Assembly (NCBI GenBank): GCA_963717525.1
Contig: OY970343.1
Span: 1,056,001-1,120,000 of the forward strand
Direction: 5' to 3'
DNA from: an uncultured Methanoregulaceae archaeon
Lineage (GTDB): Archaea > Halobacteriota > Methanomicrobia > Methanomicrobiales > Methanospirillaceae
DNA: 64,000 nucleotides
Position 1 is the first letter of the stretch. Every line of letters starts with the position of its first letter. The notes below the pieces were generated by a model that worked only from the letters and a program-made list of their open reading frames with translations, was not told the origin of the DNA and did no database searches. A program made the translations under genes and the position numbers. Below are positions 11,015 through 22,631 of this stretch, one piece after another.

Positions 11015-11647
11015 ATGGCGAAAAAGGCGAGCAAAAAGGCAGAAGAGGCACCACTGAAGCTCTTCTACATTTTCTACAACCAGGAACGCTGGGACAACTG
11101 GGTAAAATCGCTTGGCGAAGCACGTTTCGAGATCGATCCCAAGAGCGACGAGATGCCCGAAGGCTTCCGGGTGCTCGACAGTTTCTCGGTCGACATCACC
11201 CTTGAGGTGCTCAAGATTGTGAAGCTCTACCAGAACAAGCGTTTCACCAGTGAGGAGACGCGGGACAGGCTCGCGCAGGTCGAGGCAATTGTCATGTCTG
11301 CCGCCCCCAAGGGAGATCTCGAAGAGATTATCGAGATCCTCCAGCTCCCCAAGCTCGTCCTCTTTGCGTCCTGCCGCAAGTACCTGACCGGCGGGTTTGA
11401 CAAGGACATAAAAACGCTGGTGAAAAAGGGCAGGGAGGCCATCGACAAGGACATGGAGCAGGCGCTTGAGATAGCGTCCACCATAGGCGCGAGCGTGATC
11501 GACGGCGCGGCCTGCTGCGGGAAGTACGTGAAAGACGATCTCGAGAACCCTACCCTGTTTGACGAGTGGCTCATCGAGTGCGAGCGGATGTCTGAGGCGA
11601 TGGGCTCGCTCAAGAATTTTGACGAGTCGACGGGAGAAGACGAGTGA
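11015..11647 (+). CDS. DUF2150-like methanogen protein
   Basis: FYNQERWDNW motif; typical codon usage. Confidence 0.75.
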   Translation: MAKKASKKAEEAPLKLFYIFYNQERWDNWVKSLGEARFEIDPKSDEMPEGFRVLDSFSVDITLEVLKIVKLYQNKRFTSEETRDRLAQVEAIVMSAAPKGDLEEIIEILQLPKLVLFASCRKYLTGGFDKDIKTLVKKGREAIDKDMEQALEIASTIGASVIDGAACCGKYVKDDLENPTLFDEWLIECERMSEAMGSLKNFDESTGEDE

Positions 11648-12096
11648 TCGCCGGGAGGGCACGGTTCCGTCACGCTAAAAAGATCGAGCGCCTCGCCGGC
11701 TACCGGGTGCCCGAGTTCGCCTTTTCCCCGGTAATGCTCGAGACCATCACCACCCGGTTTAATTTCGATGCGCTTGATTTTGCCATCCGCGAACAGCTCT
11801 TAAGTTTTTTTGACGATTTTCTCCGGTGCACGTGCAGGAACTCCCCGCTCTGCGGCTGCCCGGAAAAAAAGTTTGCAAAAAAGGTGATCGAATTGCGCGA
11901 GAACGGCCTCGATCACCGGCAGATTGCAGCGTTCCTCTCCGATGAATACGGGATCGAGATCTTTCCGGCTGATGTGCTTTCGTTTCTGGAGGATTCGGTG
12001 CATGTACTCGAAGCGATTGCGGATGTGGCACACCTGAACGGTGAGGATGCCCTCGCCGCAAAGACTGTGGAGCATATCCGGCTTATCGAACGGTAA
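11644..12096 (+). CDS. conserved archaeal protein (DUF5814-like, CxC-x4-CGC)
   Basis: FLRCTCRNSPLCGCPEKKF, EYGIEIFPADVLSFLE; overlaps upstream stop (GTGA). Confidence 0.75.
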   Translation: MIAGRARFRHAKKIERLAGYRVPEFAFSPVMLETITTRFNFDALDFAIREQLLSFFDDFLRCTCRNSPLCGCPEKKFAKKVIELRENGLDHRQIAAFLSDEYGIEIFPADVLSFLEDSVHVLEAIADVAHLNGEDALAAKTVEHIRLIER

Positions 12097-12616
12097 ACCC
12101 CCGGCCTGTTGCTGCCTGTGATCAGCGCATAGCTCTCTTCTGAATCCAGAAAGTTTATATTACAAAATGTAATACATACTTTACGTGGTGTTTGTTCAGG
12201 CTAGGCAATACCAGCATGAACAATCGACCGGAAAGATGGATACAAGAGAAAGGAGATGATATCCGGAACCGGACCCGACCTATGGGCAAAACCCCTGTTT
12301 GCCAGGAATGGCAAGGACAACACTTCCGGGATCGTGATCCCCGCGAGACTTCCTCTTGTCCCGTGCAAGCCTCTGCCCATCCCCACCCGATGGGAGGACG
12401 GACACGGGTACTGATAAGAGAAACTGCGACACGATCCCCTGACAGGATGGCACAAGTACCTCTTCATCAGAACCATTAATCCTGAAGTATCTGTCGTTAT
12501 ACCGCGGGAAAATTTCCCGCACTATTTTTAGCGCTCCCGTCACTTGGGCCCCGCAGGACGTCCTGCAAAAAGGAGCCTCGCAAAAAAGAAAAATCCCGTT
12601 GGTAAACGTCAGGCCA

Positions 12617-13141
12617 TTACCAGAACTCATCCTTAAGTTCTTTGAGGACTGCCGCGGCGAAGTCCTTTGCAGCAGGCGGGCCGTTTGCGGTGACGATCCT
12701 GCTGTCGGTAACAACGGGCTGGCTGACGAGCATCGCCTTTCCCTTCTTCATCTCCATAACGGACACCGGACTGTCATACACGGTTGCCTTCTTCTGCCTG
12801 AGTATCCCGGCCTTTGCAAGGACGACAGGCGCAAGGCAGATCGCACCGACGACCTTACCGGTTTCGTGGAAGAAGATTGCGAGCCGCACGAGCATATCAT
12901 CGTCCCAGAGATGGGTCTGGCTCCCGGAGCCCCCGACAATGATAAGGCCGTTGTAATTTTTCGGATCGATCTCTTCAAACGAGAGGGCTGCCACGGTTTT
13001 CCCACCGAGCATTCCTGTACAGGTGCCGGCCCGTGTCGAAGCGATATCAAAGGCGATCCCGGCTTTTGTGAGGGCCGCAACCGGTTCGGCCAGTTCCTCG
13101 TCACGGTATTTTTCCGGTGCGATGGCAATGACTACTTTCAT
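12617..13141 (-). CDS. DJ-1/PfpI family protein
   Basis: YRDEEL, GLIIVGGSG, GAICLAP catalytic Cys, IVTANGP. Confidence 0.9.
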   Translation of the reverse strand: MKVVIAIAPEKYRDEELAEPVAALTKAGIAFDIASTRAGTCTGMLGGKTVAALSFEEIDPKNYNGLIIVGGSGSQTHLWDDDMLVRLAIFFHETGKVVGAICLAPVVLAKAGILRQKKATVYDSPVSVMEMKKGKAMLVSQPVVTDSRIVTANGPPAAKDFAAAVLKELKDEFW

Positions 13142-13429
13142 AATATCCGGGATTTTCTTTCTTCGTATTTGAGGGTTAGCCAAAAAGATGCCAGGTTATG
13201 CTGCCCGTAGAGGATTATCGTCTTATTCAACGCAATGGGTAACAAGAACATCGCTTTTTTTTAAGGGGGGCACCGTGTGCCCGGGCTTTGATTGCTTTAC
13301 CGGGTCTTTACAACGTCCCAATGATCATGTACCTGCGACGGTACTGCTGCTGAAAGGGAGCATGTGTTACCTGTCCAGGACAGTATTGTCAGGTAATTCA
13401 CGGGTCAAAAAAAGAGAGATTTCAGGACT

Positions 13430-14119
13430 TTATGGTTTCTTGACAACCGACTCGATAACTTTGTCCATGATCGCTTCGCTGCGGTTCTTGAGCCCGAAGC
13501 CGACAATGATCGCAATGGCAGCGCCAAGGCCAAGCCCGATACCCCATGCGATGGGTGTGACGAAGGTGTAGATGATGGTGAGGTCAATCATCAGCTGGGA
13601 GAGGGCAAGGATGGCGATGACGAAATACAGGAACACCCGGATCAGGAACAGGACCGGCGTAATGAGGTGGATATCCTGGCTTGCATAATACCGGGCAAGG
13701 AAATCGATGAAATAATCCGCGAGGATGAACCCGACCAGAAGAATAACGACAAAAGCGACAATGTGGGGGATATATTCGACAATCGTGGTCATCAGCTGGC
13801 TCATGTAATCCATGTTAAGGATGTTCACCGCTGCGAGAATTGCAATCAGGTAGACAAATATCCGTACAAAGATATCGCCAATATACCCGACTGTGATCCC
13901 GGCTTTTTTGACGGACCCCGCAAAAGAGGTCTGGTCCGCCACCTTCTCGATAAAATGCTGCTCGCCGATCTTATTAAGAATAATATGTACGACTCTGCCC
14001 AGGAGACGGCCGACGATCCACCCAATAATAAGAACAACAATTGCACCAATGATGCTGGGGCCATATGCCATGACAACCGCATTCCATTGATCAGTAATAC
14101 TTGATACAACAGGTACCAT
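13430..14119 (-). CDS. conserved TM-helix-repeat protein (CmpX/MscS N-terminal-like)
   Basis: P.IIGA.VVLIIGW and YIPHIVAFVVILLVG repeats, GLAAAIAVG-like C-terminus. Confidence 0.8.
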   Translation of the reverse strand: MVPVVSSITDQWNAVVMAYGPSIIGAIVVLIIGWIVGRLLGRVVHIILNKIGEQHFIEKVADQTSFAGSVKKAGITVGYIGDIFVRIFVYLIAILAAVNILNMDYMSQLMTTIVEYIPHIVAFVVILLVGFILADYFIDFLARYYASQDIHLITPVLFLIRVFLYFVIAILALSQLMIDLTIIYTFVTPIAWGIGLGLGAAIAIIVGFGLKNRSEAIMDKVIESVVKKP

Positions 14120-14287
14120 TCACAATTCCTCCTAATTTAAATACCCTTTTTTTATATTAAATCCTTTGGAATTTTTATTAATAAACATTTTATTTATTGG
14201 TGATGTACATGAATAATCAACAGCAACTATAAATGTTGATTTCGCCCACATTACCCCCCAATAAGGATTATATTCTACAGACCCCCC

Positions 14288-15647
14288 ATGATGCAGAATT
14301 ACCAGCAGGAACTCAGCCAGGTAAAGGATCTCCTCCGGGAGAACCCGGAAGGGATGAGTGTTACCGATATCGCAAAAGCGCTCAAAAAGAACAAGAACAC
14401 TACCGGGAGGTACCTTGATATCCTCCTGATCTCCGGGCAGGTGGATATGCGGACCTATGGCATGGCAAAGGTATTCACCATCTCCCAGCGGGTTCCGCTT
14501 TCCGCCATGCTCAGTTATTCCAAGGACCTGATTATGGTCCTCGACAAGGAGACCCGCATCATCGATATCAATGATAATTTCCTGACACTCCTGCGCCTCA
14601 CGCGGAGGGACGCGATCGGGAAAAATGTTGCCTACCTCAAGTCACCTGAGGTGGATGTCCGCGAATTTATCAGCACCCTTTCCGCGCTCCATTCCCAGGA
14701 ATCCGAGAGTCTCGTTTCATTCAGGGTAAACGAGACCGGAGAGCGGATCTTCAAGCAAAAATCCATCCCCTCTGTCTTCGACGATGGCGCCAAAGGCCTC
14801 ACGATCATTCTTTCCGACGTTACTGAGGAGATCCTGCGGGAGAGAGAGATCCGGGAGAGGGAAGAACAGTTCCGGATGATGGCAGAGAATATCCAGGACG
14901 GGTTGCTCATCCTTGAGAATGAGAAGTGCACGTTTGCAAACCGGAGGGTTGCCGATATCACCGGGTATACGTTCGAAGAACTCTGGGCGATGGATCTCAT
15001 GGCCACCATCGCTTCCGAGGACCATAAAAAGATGGAGCCGATTATGGAACTCCGCAAAAAGCCTGCCCCGGGCTTGACCGAATTCCAGGGCCGGATCCTG
15101 AGAAAAGACGGCATATACCGGCATGTCTATGTCAGGGTCACCGGGCTCCAGCATGGAGACGTCCTGTTCAATTTTATCATTATAACCGATATTACTGAGA
15201 TTCGTTCAAAGGATGCTGCACTTTTTGAGAGCGAGCAACGGTTCCGGATGATGGCAGAGAATATCCAGGACGGCCTTTTGATCATTGAAAACGATCAGCT
15301 TGTCTATGCCAACAGGCGCATCTCTGAAATTACGGGGTATACACCGGAGGAATTGCGGACGAAAAACACACAGGATCTGACAACCCCCGAGGAAAAAAAA
15401 CGGATGGAAGATCTCTATAAAAAATCCCTGGCCTGCACCGAACCTCCGGCAAACTTCCAGAGCTGGATACTCTGCAAAAATGGTGAAAGACGGTATGTAT
15501 ACGGGCATATTAACTCAGTGCGTCATGGGGAGACCACAAGCACCTATATTACGATGACAGATGTGACTGAGTTTGCACAGCGGGAACAGGAGTCTGCTAG
15601 ATCGTATCAGGACACTTGAAAATTGTGGTCCCTTCCGGGAGTCATAG
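14288..15647 (+). CDS. wHTH plus multi-PAS sensory transcriptional regulator (apparent frameshift near 15593)
   Basis: N-terminal GMSVTDIAKALKKNKNTTGRYL HTH; three PAS repeats (FRMMAENIQDG twice); an alternative frame gives the tail LLDRIRTLE to TAG 15647. Confidence 0.85.
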
Positions 15648-15904
15648 TACCATCGCGTACGAGGAGATAAAACCCCAAAGAAATTTCCGCATATTCTCTC
15701 TCCGTCATCTATCCCTTTTCCGGGAAAAACAATGTTAATGGGGGGATTTTCAGCATATTCGTTTGCAACCTTTGTATTTATCGAGATGAATTTATATCGT
15801 TAAAAGGGTGCATTTATAATAATTATGTATGACCAATATGGCAAATCAATATATACAAAAAATCCCAATATGTACCAAGTTTTTCGATATAAGAGAGGAC
15901 TTGC

Positions 15905-17279
15905 ATGATCACGAGCGATTCTGAACGATCATATGTCAATCACCTGCGATTCACGACCCGCTTAGTGCCGGGAATATTCAGGAGTTCCCTGCCGACAGCG
16001 GGCCTGATCTGTCTTGTACTTGTTCTCCTCGCGATATCGCCGGTGCTGGCCGGGACGCAGATCATGGCGGGGAGTCCTGCGCTGGGAGCGCACATCGCGG
16101 GCACGAACGAGTTCTCACCCGGGGACGACGTCAACCTGCAGGTCGTCATCGAGAACACGGGACTCAACCAGTTCATGATCGTGCAGTCAGGGATCATCAG
16201 CCCGACCGATCTCTCGAACACGGCAAAACAGCTGACCGCGACATTAAGCCCGGGGGATGCGCCGCTGGTGGTCAAGGCGGACCCGCAGATAGTCGGGTGA
16301 TTTACCGGCGAGCGCCAGTGCCACGGCCACGTTCCACGTCACGGTCAACCAGTATGCGGCGGCCAGGGACCTACCAGTTACCGGTGCGTACTGAACTACA
16401 CCTACCTGTACCAGGCCAACCAGGAAGGCAGCGAGACCCTGAACTACCAGTACAAATCTATCAACGAGACGATCAGCATCCCGATCACGATAACCCCCGA
16501 GGTGCAAATCGCGGTTCCCGATGTGGAACCCGAGAACCTGAACGCCGGGATCGAGGGATATGTCAATATGACTGTCGAAAACGTCGGGTCAGACGACGGC
16601 CGGAACGCGGTGATCCGTGTCCAGCAGAACGGCCAGAGCCCGATCACGCCCACCGAAGGGAGCGTCTATGTCGGAGACTTCCCGGTCGGTGCGGTGGTCA
16701 ACTGCACGTTCCGGGTCATGGTGGCAAGCGACGGCCCAGCAGAAGACCTACCCGCTCGACGTGCTGGTCTATTACAAGAATTACGAAGGGGACTACGTGA
16801 ACTCGCCCATCGAGACCGTCGGGGTCCCGGTCGGCCAGAAGGTGGACTTCAGCGTCACGCCCGCCAGCGCCTCAATTTCGCCGGGCGCCAACGCCGTGAT
16901 CACGGTCCAGTTCCAGAATACCGGCGGCACGACCGCCTATAACGCCGAGGCCCGGATCAGCGCCGTCGACCCGTTCACCAGCAACGATGATACGGCGTTC
17001 CTGGGCACGATGGCACCCGGGGATACCCGGACCGCCTCGTTTGCCGTCTCGGTCGACCCGGCTGCGACGGTAAAGGAATACGGCCTGGATTCCGAGGTGC
17101 TCTACCGCGATGCGCTGGATAACCAGTTCACCTCCGACCCCCTCAAGGTCAACGTGGACGTGGTCCCGGCACAGAGCGTCGTAACCCAGATCGGTCTCCC
17201 GGGGCTGATCGCCATCATCCTCGCCGTGCTGGCCATTGCAGGCTATGTGATCTACATCAAACGGTTCAAACCACGGTAA
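15905..17279 (+). CDS. COG1361 S-layer-family protein (several apparent frameshifts)
   Basis: Fragments in different frames (IAGTNEFSPG, SVYVGDFP, AEARISAVDPF, EYGLDSEVLYRDALD) are collinear with paralogues at 19750 and 21099. Confidence 0.85.
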
Positions 17280-17397
17280 CCTTTTTATCCCATGGTTTTG
17301 TCTGCCTGCAGTAAGGCAGAGCGCGATCACCCATGACAACAGGAAAAGAATGCCCCGTTCCGGATAACCGGTTAACCCCCCAAGAGACCAGAATCCC

Positions 17398-19716
17398 ATG
17401 ATCGATCAGATCTTCAGTGCCCTCGCCCATACCGTCAACCGCCGGCCTAAACTGGTCGTTGGAATTATCGGTATGATTTTTATCATTGCCTTGGTCGGCA
17501 TGACCATGATCACCATGCAGACCGGCAATGACACCTACATGAACAAAAACTCGGCAGAAGGCATCGTCAATAACGAATATACCAACACGTTCAATGCAGA
17601 TGCCCTGATCCTGATCATCAAGACGAGCGACCCGCTGAGCCCTGCGGTGCTCACCTACATGGACCGGCTGGAAGCAGATATCCGGCAGCAGCAGCACGTT
17701 GCCGGCGCGTCAAGCGTCGTGGATATCCTCAAAAGCGAGAACAACGGTATCCTGCCCCAGTCAACGGGTGAGATCAGTGCACTGGTCAACCAGATGCCAT
17801 CCGCGGTCAAGGCCACAGCGGTGCCGTCCAACGTCCTGACCCTGATGGAGGTCCCCCTCGATCCCGGGCTCTCGGATGCCACCGAGGCCTCGGTCCTGAA
17901 CACCGTGCAGCTGGCAGTCGACCAGTCGAATCCGCCGGCGGGCGTGACCGTGGAGGTCTCCGGAACTCCTGCGTTCACAGCGCAGATGAAAGCGGCCATG
18001 GGATCCCAGATGGGGGTCCTGATTGGGGCCGCCATGATCCTGATGGTGCTCGTTATGGGCCTGCTCTTTTCCTACGTCAGTTACCGGTTCCTGCCGGTCG
18101 TGTTCGTAGGCCTCGGCCTCACCACCGCCCTCGGGCTGATGGGGCTGGCCGGTATCCAGCTCAACATGGCGGTGATGGGAGCGTTCCCGGTCATGATCGG
18201 CCTTGGGATCGATTACGCGATCCAGTTCCACGCACGGCTCGACGAGGAGTCCCGCAAAGGATCGCTCGATGACGCGGTCTATATGACAATCACAAAAACC
18301 GGCCCCGCGGTGATGTATGCCATGCTCGCCACCTCCTTGGGATTTGCAGCGATGTTCATCTCCACCGTGCCCATGATCCAGTCGTTCGGCCTCGTGGCCA
18401 TGATCGGCATCATGAGCTGTTACTGCGTATCGCTCGTGGGTCTCCCGGCCGTCGCCCAGGTGATCCACTACAAACCCAAACCCCAGACTCCCCAAGTCTG
18501 TTATGCGGTCGGCGAAGAGGCCTGCAATCTTCTCCCGGACCCCCAGAAAAAATCCTGGTCCTACGGTAAGTTCCTCACCAGTACTTCCATGAAAATCGCC
18601 AAAAACCCGGTCCCGATCCTCCTGATTGCCGCGCTCATCGCTGTTATCGGGTTCCAGATCGACCCGCTCATCCCTATCGAAGCCAACCAGAACAACTTCG
18701 TCCCCAGCAACATGCCGGCAAAGATCCAGATGGATCAGGTCACACGGGTCCTCGGATCCACCACGACCGCCGATTTCTACATCCAGGGCGGCAGGGTCAC
18801 TGACCTGGATACCCTCCAATGGATCAAGACATTCCAGGATTACGAACTCTCCCACCATTCCGAGGTCACATCCGCAACCTCCATCGTGACCTACATCATG
18901 GCCTACAACGGCGGTGCCATGCCCCAGACCCAGAGCCAGGTGGACGCGGCGCTGGCTAAAATACCCGCCAGCATCAAAGACCAGTACCTCAGCGGCTCAA
19001 TGCGCGGCGTGGTCCAGTTCGGGATGACCAATCTCCAGATCCCCCAGGAAGAGGACCTCAAGAAAGTCATGGTCAACGATATCGCATTCCTCCAGCCCCC
19101 GATCGGTATCTCCGTCCAGCCGGCCGGGTCGTTCGATATCATGACCGCTCTTATCGGCGGGATGTCCTCATCCAAAGACGAGATGACTTACCTCGGGTTC
19201 GCCCTGATCTTCGTATTCCTCGCCTTGGTTTACCGGCATTTCCACGCTATATCCCCCCTCATCCCTATCGTGCTGATCGTCGGCTGGAACTCCGTGATGA
19301 TGTATATCCTCGGTATCGCTTACTCCCCCCTGACCGCTACCCTCGGCTCCATGACCATCGGCGTTGCTGCCGAGTATACTATCCTCGTGATGGAACGTTA
19401 CTCCGAAGAGGAAGAACGCCTCCACGACCATATCGCTGCTATTCAGGAAAGCGTGAGCAGGATCGGTACCGCTATCACCGTCTCCGGTCTCGCAACATTC
19501 TTTGGGTTCTCCGCTCTCTGCCTCTCCAACTTCCCCATCATCAGTAACTTCGGTGTATGTACGCTCATTGCCGTGGGATTCTCTCTCTGCGGGGCCATAT
19601 TCATCATGCCCGCCGTTCTCTCCCTCATGGGACAGTTCACCGAATGGCTCGATAAACGGAAGTTACATCCGCACATCGATCATGAGGAACTCCAAAAAAC
19701 AGAAAGTCCGGACTAA
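17398..19716 (+). CDS. hydrophobe/amphiphile efflux-3 (RND/MMPL) transporter
   Basis: IGLGIDYAIQF and IGVAAEYTIL motifs; two repeats of 1+5 TM topology. Confidence 0.9.
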   Translation: MIDQIFSALAHTVNRRPKLVVGIIGMIFIIALVGMTMITMQTGNDTYMNKNSAEGIVNNEYTNTFNADALILIIKTSDPLSPAVLTYMDRLEADIRQQQHVAGASSVVDILKSENNGILPQSTGEISALVNQMPSAVKATAVPSNVLTLMEVPLDPGLSDATEASVLNTVQLAVDQSNPPAGVTVEVSGTPAFTAQMKAAMGSQMGVLIGAAMILMVLVMGLLFSYVSYRFLPVVFVGLGLTTALGLMGLAGIQLNMAVMGAFPVMIGLGIDYAIQFHARLDEESRKGSLDDAVYMTITKTGPAVMYAMLATSLGFAAMFISTVPMIQSFGLVAMIGIMSCYCVSLVGLPAVAQVIHYKPKPQTPQVCYAVGEEACNLLPDPQKKSWSYGKFLTSTSMKIAKNPVPILLIAALIAVIGFQIDPLIPIEANQNNFVPSNMPAKIQMDQVTRVLGSTTTADFYIQGGRVTDLDTLQWIKTFQDYELSHHSEVTSATSIVTYIMAYNGGAMPQTQSQVDAALAKIPASIKDQYLSGSMRGVVQFGMTNLQIPQEEDLKKVMVNDIAFLQPPIGISVQPAGSFDIMTALIGGMSSSKDEMTYLGFALIFVFLALVYRHFHAISPLIPIVLIVGWNSVMMYILGIAYSPLTATLGSMTIGVAAEYTILVMERYSEEEERLHDHIAAIQESVSRIGTAITVSGLATFFGFSALCLSNFPIISNFGVCTLIAVGFSLCGAIFIMPAVLSLMGQFTEWLDKRKLHPHIDHEELQKTESPD

Positions 19717-19749
19717 TATGCAAAAAAATATGTTATTGAGGTATAACCT

Positions 19750-21042
19750 ATGAAATCCTACACCACAATTGCACTCCTACTTCTCGTGGCAGCCCTGTGC
19801 GTTATACCCGTCTTGGGCCAGGAGAAATACCAGGGGGGCTCCCCGCAGATATCGGCCTACATTGCCGGGACAAACGAGTTTTCCCCGGGCCAGGATGCCA
19901 CGATCACGGTGGTCATCCAGAACAGCGGGACAGCCGCGGTGATGTTCATCAACCAGGGAACCCTGCCACAGGCCGATCTCCCCACGACTGCCAAGCTGGT
20001 CACGGTGGGCCTTTCTTCAGGTGGGGCGCCGATCAACATCACGACCGGCACCCAGACCCTGGGAGATATCCAGAGTCCCGGGATCACCAGTGCCAGTTTC
20101 TCGGCCACGATCACGTCTGACGCGAACCTTGGGTCCTACACGCTCCCCCTGACCGTGCAGTACCTGTACCTTTCCAACAGCCTCGCCAACCAGCCCACGA
20201 GTGACCAGGTCCAGTCCGTGTACACCCCCGTGACCGTAACGATCCCGCTCAATATTACGATAGAACCGGTCGTCCAGATCGACGTGCTTGATGCCGAGGC
20301 GTCGGGCCTGGCCGTGGGAACTGAGGGCTACATCAACCTGACGATCCAGAATACCGGGTACCAGGACGGGACACAGGCCACTGTTCAGATCCTGCAGCAC
20401 GGTGCCAGCGCGATCATCCCGACCGATGACAGCGTCTATATTGGGGACTTCCCGCGGGGCGGGATTGTCACCTGCCTGTACAAGGTCGCCGTCTCCAGCG
20501 ATGCGCAGCAGCAGACTTACCCGGTCGATGTGGAGGTGACCTACACGAACTCGGATGGTAATACGGTGACCTCTGCGATCGATACGGTCGGCATCCCGGT
20601 GGCTGCCAAGCTCTCCTTTGCGGTCATCTCGCCCCCGGCGGTGATTACCCAGGGATCGAGCAGCGTGATTGACGTGGTATACCAAAATACGGGCGCGATC
20701 ACCGCAAACAACGCCGAGGCACGGCTCTCGACCTACGGACCGCTTTCCAGCGCGGATACCCTCGCCTACCTCGGCGATATCCCGCCCGGCGGGAACGTGA
20801 CCGCCCATTACGCAATCAGCGTTGCAAGCGATGCGGCTCCCGGGACCTATCCCCTGAATACCGAAGTCAGGTACCGCGATGCCCTCGATAACAGCCAGGT
20901 CTCCGATACCTTCACCGCAAACGTCCAGGTGAATGCCCTACCGCCCGCATCGCCCCTCGTCCTGATCGTTGAGATCTTCATTGTCGCAATGGTGATCGTG
21001 GCTGCCGGCTACTATGTGGTTGTCGTGAGGAAGAAAAGATAA
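19750..21042 (+). CDS. COG1361 S-layer-family protein
   Basis: Signal peptide, repeated Ig-like modules, C-terminal TM with basic tail. Confidence 0.88.
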   Translation: MKSYTTIALLLLVAALCVIPVLGQEKYQGGSPQISAYIAGTNEFSPGQDATITVVIQNSGTAAVMFINQGTLPQADLPTTAKLVTVGLSSGGAPINITTGTQTLGDIQSPGITSASFSATITSDANLGSYTLPLTVQYLYLSNSLANQPTSDQVQSVYTPVTVTIPLNITIEPVVQIDVLDAEASGLAVGTEGYINLTIQNTGYQDGTQATVQILQHGASAIIPTDDSVYIGDFPRGGIVTCLYKVAVSSDAQQQTYPVDVEVTYTNSDGNTVTSAIDTVGIPVAAKLSFAVISPPAVITQGSSSVIDVVYQNTGAITANNAEARLSTYGPLSSADTLAYLGDIPPGGNVTAHYAISVASDAAPGTYPLNTEVRYRDALDNSQVSDTFTANVQVNALPPASPLVLIVEIFIVAMVIVAAGYYVVVVRKKR

Positions 21043-21098
21043 GGAGAGAGCATGATGGCATCTTTATTGACGATAGCAAAAAAGACGGGTGAGCGATA

Positions 21099-22391
21099 AT
21101 GACATCGACAGGCAGGAAGGTCACACTTCTCGTAATACTCCTCGCATGTCTCGCCGTCCCGGCGTTTGCCGGCACGAAGTATCTGGCCGGCAGCCCGAAC
21201 CTGACGGCGTATATAGCCGGGGCGAACCAGTATACGGCGGGCAGCGACATCCAGATCCCGGTAGTGATCAAAAACACCGGTATAAACACGAACTATGAGG
21301 TAGCGCCGAACATTGTCGATCTGGCGGATGTTCCGACTACGGCGAAATTTGTCACGGTCGCCATGGGTGCGGGGGATGCCCCGGTGGTGATCAAATCCGA
21401 TCCCCAGATGATTGGGGACATTGCGAGCCAGGCCCAGCAGACCGTGACGTTCTCCGCGAAGGTTAATGCCGATGCCGCGGGCGGCACGTATTATCTGCCG
21501 CTCAACATCAGTTACACCCAGTTCTCGAACGTCGACCAGTACGGCCTTGACACGTTCCGGTATTACTACGTGCCCGGCAACGTGACCATTACCGCCCCGC
21601 TGGTCATCAAGTCCGAGGTGATCCCGGAGGTTGTCTCAGCGACCTCCGGCCAGCTGGTTGCGGGTGCAAACGGCTACGTGAACCTGACCATCGCAAATAT
21701 CGGGTCGCTTGACGGCGCCAAAGCAACCGTGGAGATCCTCCAGGACGATGACAGCCCGGTCAGTCCGGTCGACAGCAGCGTGTATATCGGTGCATTTCCC
21801 GCAGGCAGCACGGTCTCCTGCCAGTACAAGGTATCCGTGGCAAAGGATGCGGAGAACAAGACCTATCCCATAGATGTTGTTGTGATGTACCAGAATGACG
21901 AGGGAGATTTCGTTCCGTCACAGACCCAGGTCGTAGGTGTGGACGTCGGCAATAAGGTTTCTTTTGCAATCCAGTCTCCCCCGGTCGAGATGAGCCCGGG
22001 CAGCAAGCGGACGATCCAGGTCGAATACCAGAACACCGGGGACTCCACGGTCTACAGCGCGGAGGCTCGTATCAGCGTGGTCGATCCGTTCACCAGTTCC
22101 TCCGATATCGCTTACCTTGGCGACCTCGCGCCGGGACAGTCCGCGGTGGCTTCCTATCAGATCAGCGTGGCAAGCGACGCGACTATCAAGGAATATGGCC
22201 TCGATTCCGAGATCCGGTACAATGATGCCCTCGACGATACCTACATCTCCGACCCGATGAAGATCTCTATCGACGTCAAAAACCTCTCCGGGATCCAGGG
22301 CATCGTCTCCAATCCCGTCTATATCTCCCTCATCGTCGCTGTGATCATCGGTATCATCTACACCCTAATTCATGCTAGGAGGAAACGATGA
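21099..22391 (+). CDS. COG1361 S-layer-family protein
   Basis: Paralogue of 19750-21042; EYGLDSEIRYND; C-terminal TM. Confidence 0.88.
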   Translation: MTSTGRKVTLLVILLACLAVPAFAGTKYLAGSPNLTAYIAGANQYTAGSDIQIPVVIKNTGINTNYEVAPNIVDLADVPTTAKFVTVAMGAGDAPVVIKSDPQMIGDIASQAQQTVTFSAKVNADAAGGTYYLPLNISYTQFSNVDQYGLDTFRYYYVPGNVTITAPLVIKSEVIPEVVSATSGQLVAGANGYVNLTIANIGSLDGAKATVEILQDDDSPVSPVDSSVYIGAFPAGSTVSCQYKVSVAKDAENKTYPIDVVVMYQNDEGDFVPSQTQVVGVDVGNKVSFAIQSPPVEMSPGSKRTIQVEYQNTGDSTVYSAEARISVVDPFTSSSDIAYLGDLAPGQSAVASYQISVASDATIKEYGLDSEIRYNDALDDTYISDPMKISIDVKNLSGIQGIVSNPVYISLIVAVIIGIIYTLIHARRKR

Positions 22392-22631
22392 ATGGGATCC
22401 GGTAACCGACGGATAATAAGGATATCAATGGTGCACGAGGCAAAAACCTGAATTGGCTCCCCTGCATCTCACCGTTGCAGGAAAACATCCCGGTAAACAT
22501 TTTTTTTGGGAAATGATACTGATGAATCCATGATCGGGTAATCTTTTTTAAAAGGCTTTCCGGGTATTTTTCCTATGCCGGTTTCCACCGGTCAGGCATC
22601 CTTTATGTGCTGCCGGCAGGATAGTATCGTG

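Noticed and set aside
12216..12479. 87-aa ORF downstream of a TATA-like sequence (~12153)
   Set aside because: No recognisable motifs and a low-information composition; coding status unsupported.
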